Shown: positions 48,152 to 56,835 of the stretch, in pieces
Numbering within the stretch: the first letter of the stretch is position 1
Layout: every line of letters starts with the position of its first letter
Position numbers and translations under genes: made by a program
Notes under the pieces: model-generated
Databases searched by the model: none
The model's input: only the letters and a program-made list of their open reading frames with translations
Told to the model about the DNA's origin: nothing
Origin: Minisyncoccota bacterium
GTDB taxonomy: Bacteria; Patescibacteriota; Minisyncoccia; Phycocordibacterales; JABAAK01
Reading direction: 5' to 3'
Length of the DNA stretch: 64,000 bases
Assembly: GCA_958295675.1 (NCBI GenBank)
Contig: OY282360.1
Span: forward strand, 530,026 to 594,025

Positions 48152-51100
48152 TTAGGATGTCGGACACCCGCTCGTGGTGCAGGCATTACCGGAGTGTTGG
48201 TAGGTACCGGCAGTGGCAGCATCAGTGGTACTTGTGGTGCACTGACAGGGACCCTGATTGCAAGTACCGATACTACTTCCTCCGGTCCAGGTTTGGTTGT
48301 TACAGCTGTAGCTTCTGGAACCCTGATAATCTCCGTCAGTATCTCGGGCAACAACAGTTCCATTCGTGGTTCTTGCGCTCAAAGTAGTGCTGCACGATCC
48401 CCATGTGACAGATCTCGCTGAGCATCCGGGTGGTTTCGCCACAGAGCAGGTGTCAATGGTTACGCCACCGTAGGAACACCGCCATTTGTAGTGCGTAGTC
48501 GTAGTCATCGCATAGCCACCACTAGCGTACCCAGGGCTGCAGGTATTTCTGGTTGTGCCGCATCCGGGTGGTTTCTTCTTGGAGCAGCGAGGAGAGTTGT
48601 AGCCTTTAGGAGATTTGCTGTCTCCGCTCGTTCCATCACACTGCCATCTGTAGTGCGTGTCCGTGTCAGTATACGTCTTGTCATTGTGTGTACCGTGTAA
48701 GCACCCGTTCCGCTCGCTGTTATTGCATACACCGTTCACCGGACACGCTATTTCCCTTTGACATGGTCCACCAGGAACACGCCAAGTGGGTCCTTGGTAG
48801 TATAGCCGGACACCGTTAAGAGCGGGATCGCCGGTGCCTACTGTACACACACACGCACCAGGACCGCATTTCGCCCCCGTATTCGGACTACTTGCCCAGT
48901 CCCCGTCGGTGCAGCTGTAGGTGGCGAATCCCCGATTATGACCGGTACTGTCTATCGCGGTACCGCTGCTAGCGGTTGTGGATGCGAGGGTACTGTTGCA
49001 GGTGTATTCAATGTTCTCGTCCTGATCATCGGGCACTGTCCAGGAGACAGTGTTCAAGGGGCAACTTATAGGTTGGCAGCTCGCAGCGGTCGGACCACTC
49101 CATGTTTCGTCGTTACAACTGTAGGTCGCGCTGCCGGTGTAGCCAGCAGATTTAGTATTGGCAACTACCTTACTTCCGCTTGCACTTGCTGTTCCTGTGC
49201 TTCCACCACATTGAGTTCCCCAAGTTACATCTTTATCCTCACATCCCGGTTTCTTTATGTCACAATACGCTATCTCAGTGTCGGGCTTTCCTATGCAACA
49301 CCAACGGTCAAGCGTAGTGGTATCTTGACATCTCGTGCCGGTGTTTGATTTGCGCCCGACTAAGCATTCATCTACTTCAGCATTGTTGCATACAGGTGTT
49401 TGTGGACAATTATTCGCCTCGTTGCAGGCACCGCTGCCGTCAGACCAGGTGCCGGCGTTCGTAGCATCGGTTTTTGATGTAGTGCAGTTGCAGGTTTTTG
49501 TCGGACAGTTATTCGCCGTGACGGTGCAGGCACCGCTGCCGTCAGACAAGGTGCCTTTGTTCGCGGCATCGGTTTTTGATGCGGTGCAGACACAAGGAAC
49601 AGGAGTGCATCCACTACCACAACACTGTGATTGGGTGCTTGAACCTGAGCAGGTGCCGCAGGTTGACTCGGTTACGGTTTTACTTCTTGATCTGCTTTGG
49701 GAGCCATTTGAACATGTACTCCAATCACTCCAAGGTCCCCATTGACAATTTGTCGCCGGTTTCGTGCCGGTCGTTGATCGTGAACCGCAGGTTCTGGACT
49801 GGGTGAATCTCTTGCCGCTACAGACCGTGTTTCGTGCCGGTGACCATGTCCCACTTTGGGGTTTTGTCCCGGTCGTCAACCGACTTGTTGCACAGTTATT
49901 ACACTCAGTGTTGCAGGTTCTGAACTGGGTGAATCTCGTGCCGCTACAGACCGTGTTTCGTGCCGGTGACCAGGAACCGCATTTAGGGCTCTTCGGACAG
50001 TTATTTGCCGAGACGGTGCAGGTATTGCCGGTGGTACTGCAAGTACCGGCGTTCGTAGCGTCTGTTTTTGATGTAGTGCAGTTGCAGGTGCCGCACGGTT
50101 TTTCCTTTTCGCAGACAGGAGAGTTTTTTCCGCCATTCCGTCCGTCGCAGCGCCATTTGTAGTGCGTGGTCGTGTCAGCCACCGCGGAGTCATTGGCATC
50201 ATTGTAGAGCGTGCCGGACGAGCACCTGTTCTGCCTGCTGGTATCGCATACGCCGTCTTGCAGACACCCACTCGTGGTGCAGGCATTCGTGCTGTCAGCA
50301 TCATCCCATGAGCCATTGTCGTTACATTTGTAAAATCCGCCACCACCCGTTGATCCATCAGTGTCCAATAGATTAGCGTATGCACCGGAAGGTGTAATTG
50401 AGCGGGAAAATCTGCAAATTCTGTTGTTGTCTTCACTCCATGTGACTATATCGGCGGGACAGGATGTGGATGAGCAAGTCGCACCGGTTCCGCTTAACCA
50501 TATTGAGTCATGCATATTGTCACTCCAATGTCTCCAGAAAATCCAAGAAGCATCGTATCTACTAAACATGGTTCTCCAGGTACCATTAACACATCTGTAG
50601 GCGGCGACACCGATTGTTGGTTTGGTGGCATCCCTCGCGACGCTGCCGCCACCATGTCGTGTTGTGGTTCGGGTGCCGGTGCAGGTGTGACTGCCTACTG
50701 TCCAATTGACCGTACCACCGGCACATGTTCTGTCGCACAATGCGAAAGATGGCTCGTCGCTCCAGGTGCCATTGGTACAGAGGTACTTCGCACTGCCGCG
50801 TGATGTTCCTTCGGTACTCCGTATGAAGACCTCTCCGCCGGAAGGTGCCATAGGTCGGGACGCTGTGCAAGTCCTGCCGTTCTTGGTCCAGCTGACTGTA
50901 TCAGCGGCGCAGGATGTCGTCGCACTTGTGCACCACGCGAACAGCGGGTTGCTCAAGGTACCATCATTGCAGTCGTAAATGGCTCTGCCGCGTGTCGTTC
51001 CAGTCGTGTCCCACACGGTGGTTGGATTTTCACCTATATCGGCTTCAGGAGTTACTTCTGGCAAGGAGCCCGAACAGGTCTTGCCGTTCACGGTCCATCT

Positions 51101-52222
51101 GACAGTACGACCGGCGCAGGATCTCTTGCACCATGTATGAGGTGTGGCACGGGTACCGGCGGTTGTGCTGTCGGTTGCGGACGGGGTGCAATTACAGGGT
51201 GGATCTCCATATCCGCAACTCATGCTAGTTGCGATCCAGTCGCCGTTGTTACAGCTATAGGTCGCGCTACCGGTTGACGGTCCGGTGCTATCAGTTGCAG
51301 TATCGCTGCTACCGGAGTTTGTCTCGTCTCGGGAACCGGTGCAGTCGTGATTGTCCACGCTCCAATCAACACTACCGCCTGAACACTTGAGAGGAGGAAG
51401 AGTTGTAGATTCGCAACTTGTGTTAGTCGGTTCGGTCCAGGCACCGTTGTTGCAGCTATAGGTCGCGCTACCGGTTGACGGTCCGGTGCTATCAGTTGCA
51501 GTATCGCTGCTACCGGAGTTTGTCTCGTCTCGGGAACCGGTGCAGGTGTGACTGCCTACTGTCCAGGTGACCTCATCGTCTTCTTGGCAGTGGGGAGGAT
51601 CGTCTGCACATGATGCGCTCGTTGGTTCTCCCCATGTCCTGTCATTATTACAGTGATAGGTCGCGCTGCCGGTGGGCGGTCTGTTGCTATCAATTGCAGT
51701 ATCGCTACTGCCGACCACTGTTGTGGTTCGGGAACCGGTGCAGGTCTTGTTGTTCACAGTCCAGCTGACACTTCCGCCGGAGCAGGATGGAACGGTAGCA
51801 GCAACCACCGGCACCACGATACCGCATGAGGTACTTTGTGTCCCTTTCGTCACCGTCACATAGTACGGTGAGTTGTACGGGTTGGCGATGTCTCCTGCGT
51901 TAATGGACAGGGTATCTGAGGTCATTGCGGTCGTTTCCTCACGCAGTATTCTGCTCTGCGTGTCAAACTTCCAGCGGTAGGTATAGTCACCGGCAGCGGA
52001 GAAGTTATCCGTGGTCACCGTTAAGGTGAACGACTGTGCCGTTGTCGGCGATGCGGGTGAGACCGACACTGCACAGGAAGGGACGGTCTGAATGGTCGCA
52101 CAGTCCAGCGACCCGTCATTGTTGACACCGCGGACATACTCTCCCGTGCCGCATACTTGGTTCACTCCCGCTTTCTGAACACTGGCACAGGTAACCTGTC
52201 TGACCCCGTTGACCGTGGTCAC
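48152..52222 (-). CDS. giant Cys-rich multi-repeat surface protein (1356 aa)
   Basis: At least 10 copies of a ~60-aa 4-Cys unit (C..VSWTV..TC[TS]GSR...SSDTATDSTG...ATYSCNNG.W...C). THYKWRCDG-type repeats. A TSP1-like WGPWSDWSTCS motif. Nearly identical internal 160-bp DNA duplications. First in-frame start is GTG with no signal peptide. Confidence 0.6.
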   Translation of the reverse strand: MTTVNGVRQVTCASVQKAGVNQVCGTGEYVRGVNNDGSLDCATIQTVPSCAVSVSPASPTTAQSFTLTVTTDNFSAAGDYTYRWKFDTQSRILREETTAMTSDTLSINAGDIANPYNSPYYVTVTKGTQSTSCGIVVPVVAATVPSCSGGSVSWTVNNKTCTGSRTTTVVGSSDTAIDSNRPPTGSATYHCNNDRTWGEPTSASCADDPPHCQEDDEVTWTVGSHTCTGSRDETNSGSSDTATDSTGPSTGSATYSCNNGAWTEPTNTSCESTTLPPLKCSGGSVDWSVDNHDCTGSRDETNSGSSDTATDSTGPSTGSATYSCNNGDWIATSMSCGYGDPPCNCTPSATDSTTAGTRATPHTWCKRSCAGRTVRWTVNGKTCSGSLPEVTPEADIGENPTTVWDTTGTTRGRAIYDCNDGTLSNPLFAWCTSATTSCAADTVSWTKNGRTCTASRPMAPSGGEVFIRSTEGTSRGSAKYLCTNGTWSDEPSFALCDRTCAGGTVNWTVGSHTCTGTRTTTRHGGGSVARDATKPTIGVAAYRCVNGTWRTMFSRYDASWIFWRHWSDNMHDSIWLSGTGATCSSTSCPADIVTWSEDNNRICRFSRSITPSGAYANLLDTDGSTGGGGFYKCNDNGSWDDADSTNACTTSGCLQDGVCDTSRQNRCSSGTLYNDANDSAVADTTTHYKWRCDGRNGGKNSPVCEKEKPCGTCNCTTSKTDATNAGTCSTTGNTCTVSANNCPKSPKCGSWSPARNTVCSGTRFTQFRTCNTECNNCATSRLTTGTKPQSGTWSPARNTVCSGKRFTQSRTCGSRSTTGTKPATNCQWGPWSDWSTCSNGSQSRSRSKTVTESTCGTCSGSSTQSQCCGSGCTPVPCVCTASKTDAANKGTLSDGSGACTVTANNCPTKTCNCTTSKTDATNAGTWSDGSGACNEANNCPQTPVCNNAEVDECLVGRKSNTGTRCQDTTTLDRWCCIGKPDTEIAYCDIKKPGCEDKDVTWGTQCGGSTGTASASGSKVVANTKSAGYTGSATYSCNDETWSGPTAASCQPISCPLNTVSWTVPDDQDENIEYTCNSTLASTTASSGTAIDSTGHNRGFATYSCTDGDWASSPNTGAKCGPGACVCTVGTGDPALNGVRLYYQGPTWRVPGGPCQREIACPVNGVCNNSERNGCLHGTHNDKTYTDTDTHYRWQCDGTSGDSKSPKGYNSPRCSKKKPPGCGTTRNTCSPGYASGGYAMTTTTHYKWRCSYGGVTIDTCSVAKPPGCSARSVTWGSCSTTLSARTTNGTVVARDTDGDYQGSRSYSCNNQTWTGGSSIGTCNQGPCQCTTSTTDAATAGTYQHSGNACTTSGCPTS

Positions 52223-52292
52223 CTGCAGAAACTGTCCCGCAGGACAGTTCGTGGATTCCAGCAGTGCCTGCTCCGCGGAAATACATTCCAGT

Positions 52293-52424
52293 CCGTTGTC
52301 AGTTAAGCTGAGGATTCATTATCCGCGCAGGCGATTTGTGCGTTTGTCATGCCGTATGACACGAACAGCATGCTGAGTATACCTATAGCAAGTACAACTT
52401 GCAGGATTTTGTGGGTAATGTGCA
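52293..52424 (-). pseudogene. orphan signal-peptide ORF, out of frame with the giant gene
   Basis: MHITHKILQVVLAIGILSMLFVSYGMTNAQIACADNESSA* lies 70 nt upstream of the giant gene's GTG, in a different frame. Confidence 0.45.
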
Positions 52425-52482
52425 TATATACTTGTAGTGTATATCGCAGGGAAATAGAGTTTTTTTGGTGGTGGAAAAACAC

Positions 52483-53499
52483 CTACATAACATCCTGCCC
52501 TTGAAGGATGTCTTTTAGGGTGTCTTCCGCTTTCTCTGTATCTGTTTTTGTACGGTTACCATCCTCTTTCTGTGGAAAGTGACGGTGCCACAGCAGAAGG
52601 AGTGACGGCGCGAAAAAGAGCGATGAGTAGGTACCGGCAGCGACACCGACAAACAGTGCGACACCGAACCACTGCGTGACAGGCACCAGGGCTATAAGAA
52701 GGGCGAGAGGAATGACCGTTGAGACGGAAGTATAGAGTGATCTTCGGACACTGCTCCGCACGCCGTAATCAACCACTGTTCCGAAATTCTCTTTGTGTTT
52801 TTTTACCATATTCGTCTTAAGCCGGTCGCGGATACGGTCAAATATGACAATAGTATCGTTTATAGAATAGCCGAGCGTGGCAAGTAGAGCGGTTACAAAC
52901 AGCGCGTCAACGGATGCGGAGGTGAACGGCGCAAGCAGGGCAAAGATGCCGAGCGGCGCGGCGACATCATGCAGCAATGCCGCTATTGAGACAACACCGT
53001 ATTTCCAGGAAGCGATAGGCCGCGACACGCCTTTAAACACAAATGAAATATAGGCAATGATGATAATGGTTGCGATGATGAGGGCAAGAAGCGCTTTGCG
53101 TACCAGTTCCTGACTGATAGAGGGAGAGAACGATTGATACTCAGTGATGGTATGTGCGCCGACGGTATCAGTGATATGTGTGAGTAAACCTTGATATTCC
53201 TCGTCACTGAGCGCGCGCGAAGTGAATGACCATTCCGTTTCTGAAATCTGCTGCGGTGTGATATCATACGGAAACTCTGCAAATGCGGTATGCATACTCT
53301 GCGTAGATTGTTCACTCTGAAAATCAACCTGCAGGTGCGCGGTGCCGCTGAACTCCGGCGCGATATTCGGTGTGATGACGAAAACACTCAGCAGAAAAAC
53401 GACAATGAGCGCGACACCTATAACCGCGTGTTTTTCCGCGTGTCTGCTTATCATATGTTGAAATCTGTTTTGTATCATATATTTTAGTGAATATACCAC
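52483..53499 (-). CDS. secF: protein translocase subunit SecF
   Basis: Six-TM SecF topology with periplasmic loop. Immediately downstream of secD. Confidence 0.8.
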   Translation of the reverse strand: MVYSLKYMIQNRFQHMISRHAEKHAVIGVALIVVFLLSVFVITPNIAPEFSGTAHLQVDFQSEQSTQSMHTAFAEFPYDITPQQISETEWSFTSRALSDEEYQGLLTHITDTVGAHTITEYQSFSPSISQELVRKALLALIIATIIIIAYISFVFKGVSRPIASWKYGVVSIAALLHDVAAPLGIFALLAPFTSASVDALFVTALLATLGYSINDTIVIFDRIRDRLKTNMVKKHKENFGTVVDYGVRSSVRRSLYTSVSTVIPLALLIALVPVTQWFGVALFVGVAAGTYSSLFFAPSLLLLWHRHFPQKEDGNRTKTDTEKAEDTLKDILQGQDVM

Positions 53500-54797
53500 T
53501 TTTTCATTCGATCCCGCAGCGCATCGGATGTGGTCCGCAGGAACAGCCGGGTAAGGAGATATGCCGAGAGCATACTGAGCAGCACACCGATGATGAACGC
53601 GAAGGCGAATCCTTTAATGATGGATGTGCCGAACCAAAAGAGCAGGAACGCGATGATGATACTGGTGAGATTCGCATCACGGATGGCGAGCCACGCGCGC
53701 GAGCAGCCGCGCTCTATCGCTTCGCGGCGAGATATGCCGTTCCGCAATTCCTCGCGCATGCGCTCAAAGATGAGCACATTCGCGTCAACGGCGAACCCGA
53801 GCGACATAATAAAGCCGGCAAGTCCGGCAGCGGTGAGCACCACCGGGATTCCCTTAAACACCGAGAGCATGACGGCGACATAGACGGCAAGCGCAAACAC
53901 GGCGACAATACCGACAAAACGATACGCCAGCAGGAAGAGCATACTGACCAGCAGCAGTGCTATCATCGCGGCAGTCATGCTCTTCGTCACGGTCTCAGAG
54001 CCGAGTGTCGGATTGACGGTACGCGTTTCGGAAAGTTCAATCGGCATCGGCAGCGCGCCGAAACTCAAACTGTCCGCGAGTTCTGTCGCTGATTCAAGGT
54101 TGAAGTTCCCTTCTATCTGTGTCGTGCCGCCGAGAATCGGCGTGACAATCACGGGCGACGATATGAGCGCGCCGTCCAGATAGATGCCGAGCAGGTTGCC
54201 GACATTGTTCCGCGTCAGATCGGCGAACATCCTGCCCCCTTCGCCGTTAAAGTTCACCACTACCACCGGCTCATTGGTAAGCGCGCCGCCGATGCCCTGT
54301 AAAAATTGCACGCCGGCGGAAGTAACATGCCCGCCCTGCAGACCCACAGAATCAAACTGTTCGGTCTCTTTGTTGAAAATGCGGAATTCAAGGTGCGGTG
54401 TCTGACCGATTGCCCGTGTCGCCTCGGCGATATCTGTCACGCCCGGCAACTCAACTACCAGCCGATGTGATGACGGAAGACCGGTCAGTACGGAGCTTGA
54501 AGCGGTGTAGACCTTCGGCTCGGATACGCCGAGCGCGTTCACCCGCCGCTCAATAACCTGTTGCAACGCGTCCATACGCCCGTTTATCTCCTCTTCGGGC
54601 ACATCAGAGGTATCGGCGACATAGGTAACCTGCGTACCGCCCGCGAGATCAAGACCGAATGAGAACGGAAACCGGTCTATATCACGGACATAGAAAACGG
54701 CAAGTGTGATAGCAAGTGCGAGAACGCAGACACTGGTAAGAGCAAGGATGATCCGCTGTTTTTCCATACCATTCCAGTATACACGGCAAGGATACAA
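53484..54797 (-). CDS. secD: protein translocase subunit SecD
   Basis: Large periplasmic domain followed by a six-TM bundle (LLAYRFVGIVAVFALAVYV...). Confidence 0.8.
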   Translation of the reverse strand: MYPCRVYWNGMEKQRIILALTSVCVLALAITLAVFYVRDIDRFPFSFGLDLAGGTQVTYVADTSDVPEEEINGRMDALQQVIERRVNALGVSEPKVYTASSSVLTGLPSSHRLVVELPGVTDIAEATRAIGQTPHLEFRIFNKETEQFDSVGLQGGHVTSAGVQFLQGIGGALTNEPVVVVNFNGEGGRMFADLTRNNVGNLLGIYLDGALISSPVIVTPILGGTTQIEGNFNLESATELADSLSFGALPMPIELSETRTVNPTLGSETVTKSMTAAMIALLLVSMLFLLAYRFVGIVAVFALAVYVAVMLSVFKGIPVVLTAAGLAGFIMSLGFAVDANVLIFERMREELRNGISRREAIERGCSRAWLAIRDANLTSIIIAFLLFWFGTSIIKGFAFAFIIGVLLSMLSAYLLTRLFLRTTSDALRDRMKKWYIH

Positions 54798-54856
54798 AAT
54801 CCAGTTGTAAAAATAAAGGTTTTACAGACATTTCTATCGCGAACGCGGCAATGCTG

Positions 54857-55978
54857 TTATTTGATCGGAAGGCGAAGTTCATCAAAACTGCCGGCAAATT
54901 GAAGGCGCGCCATGCCGAGTACAAGCGCGATTGCCAGGGATTCGGCGAGTATATGCGATCCGCCATAACTCATAAACGGCAGAGTAATGCCCGTGACCGG
55001 AACCACGCCGGCATTCACGCCTATATGCATCAGCATATGGGAAAAAATAAATACAAAGACACCGACAATGAAAAGTGTCTCAAAGTTTGTCCGTCCCCGA
55101 ATAGCATGATGAAACAGCCGCCACCCTATCACACCGTACAGCAGAAACAGCAACACCACGCCGATAAAACCCCATTCCTCCGCGAATGCGGCAAACACAA
55201 AATCTGATTCGTACAGCGGTAAAAATCCGAGTTTGGACTGTGTTCCTTCGCCGATACCTTTGCCGAATATTTCTCCAGAACCGATTGCTATCTTTGATTG
55301 GTACGCTGTATAGCCGGATGATTCCAGGTTTTCAAGCGGTTCAAGAAATGAAAGAACACGATCCTGCTGGTAGTTCGGTATGAACTGCCAACTGATAACG
55401 GACACAGTGACCGCGAACAACAGCAAAGCGATAATATGTTTTTTTGAGACACCGGAAACAAAAATCATGCCCGCCCAAATCGCAATGAGAATCACAGACG
55501 AACCGAGATCCGGCTGAATAAACACCAGAAAAAACAGGGTCGCCATGATGGCGAATGAAACAGCGACATGCCGAATGTGCCTGATGCGGATATGTCTGCT
55601 CGCGAAGTAGCGGGCAAGTATGATGATAAGTACTATTTTTATAAACTCAACGGGCTGCAGCGCGATCGGACCGATGATAAACCAGCTGTGCGCGCCGTTT
55701 ATTTCCGGAGAAAAAAGAAGCAGCGCGATGAGTGTGACAATAGAGGCGATGAACAATGTCAGTGAGATCAACGGTCCGCGAAGAACGCTGTATGTATTCG
55801 CGGACGCGAACAGTATGACAACAACAGCGATACCGGTGAATAACGCCTGTTTGTAAAACAACGAACTGACAAGGGGGTCGTCAACGGGAAAATTGGTCAC
55901 TAAACCGATCGCCATGATAAGGAGAACGGGAGCAACGAGCAGCCAGTCAAGGGAGCGTATGTGGTGTAACAGGTTCAT
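54857..55978 (-). CDS. SEDS-family peptidoglycan glycosyltransferase (FtsW/RodA)
   Basis: 10-TM protein with conserved SEDS C-terminal block (GVVPVTGITLPFMSYGGSH). Confidence 0.75.
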   Translation of the reverse strand: MNLLHHIRSLDWLLVAPVLLIMAIGLVTNFPVDDPLVSSLFYKQALFTGIAVVVILFASANTYSVLRGPLISLTLFIASIVTLIALLLFSPEINGAHSWFIIGPIALQPVEFIKIVLIIILARYFASRHIRIRHIRHVAVSFAIMATLFFLVFIQPDLGSSVILIAIWAGMIFVSGVSKKHIIALLLFAVTVSVISWQFIPNYQQDRVLSFLEPLENLESSGYTAYQSKIAIGSGEIFGKGIGEGTQSKLGFLPLYESDFVFAAFAEEWGFIGVVLLFLLYGVIGWRLFHHAIRGRTNFETLFIVGVFVFIFSHMLMHIGVNAGVVPVTGITLPFMSYGGSHILAESLAIALVLGMARLQFAGSFDELRLPIK

Positions 55979-55987
55979 ACATAGACC

Positions 55988-56800
55988 CTACCATTTTGTG
56001 ATGACAGGGATAATATCAATATATTTAACCTGTGCATCACATAATCCATCGGCACATTGCATTTTTTGAAGTTCAAACGGGTGAATCCAGGTGTACTGAA
56101 CGGAGCGGGATTCGCCGGGTTGCATATATTTCTCAAATGTTCGCGATGCTCCGACAGCATTGCTGTTTTCATCGTACACAGTAACAACGAAATCAACACC
56201 TGATATCTCAGTTGAACCGATATTTGTCACAACGGCATGTATGCGCGGAGACACACCCGCTGATGCTTCAATCCTCTCATCTGATACTTTGAAACTGTAT
56301 GATTCAGGAGAACGGACAAACTGGGGATCCTCAGTAAAACGGAACGATGCGCTGACCGCCTCAATTTTGCCGGTCCGCAGAAACGGCACAAACACGGGTG
56401 TAACATCGACCGGCATAATAGCGGTTTTTTCTGACGCGCGCGCGATGATGCCTCCTTTCGCGTCATGCAAGGTGATTTCAAACTGTACTGACGGCACATA
56501 AAAACCTTCATTCTGATTCTCTATGTGCGCAATAGCGGAATACACTTTTTCGCCGTCATCTCGTTCGCCAAGCGGAAACACGCGCGTTACAATAGGCAGG
56601 AGCTGTTTCCATTGCACCGGACATGCGTTCGGACACGACCCGCCGCAATCAACACCGGTCTCCGAGCCGTTCTGTACCCTGTCATTGCAGGTCGGCGGGT
56701 TATAGAAAATAAGAAAAAGCAATCCGCTGACCACGAGTGTGATAAGCACCAAAAAAGTTACAAATGCAAAAATCCTTCTTTGTGCGCTCCATGCTGACAT
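55988..56800 (-). CDS. hypothetical membrane-anchored protein with Cys-rich ectodomain
   Basis: N-terminal TM anchor, then CNDRVQNGSETGVDCGGSCPNAC. Confidence 0.4.
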   Translation of the reverse strand: MSAWSAQRRIFAFVTFLVLITLVVSGLLFLIFYNPPTCNDRVQNGSETGVDCGGSCPNACPVQWKQLLPIVTRVFPLGERDDGEKVYSAIAHIENQNEGFYVPSVQFEITLHDAKGGIIARASEKTAIMPVDVTPVFVPFLRTGKIEAVSASFRFTEDPQFVRSPESYSFKVSDERIEASAGVSPRIHAVVTNIGSTEISGVDFVVTVYDENSNAVGASRTFEKYMQPGESRSVQYTWIHPFELQKMQCADGLCDAQVKYIDIIPVITKW

Positions 56801-56835
56801 ACTACCGCCAGTATACTATATGTTCCTAAAACACA

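Noticed and set aside
42460-49100. Diversity-generating retroelement (template/variable repeat pair)
   Set aside because: The near-identical segments are whole-gene tandem duplicates plus a decayed gene fragment. Mismatches are not adenine-specific. No reverse transcriptase ORF is present in the window.
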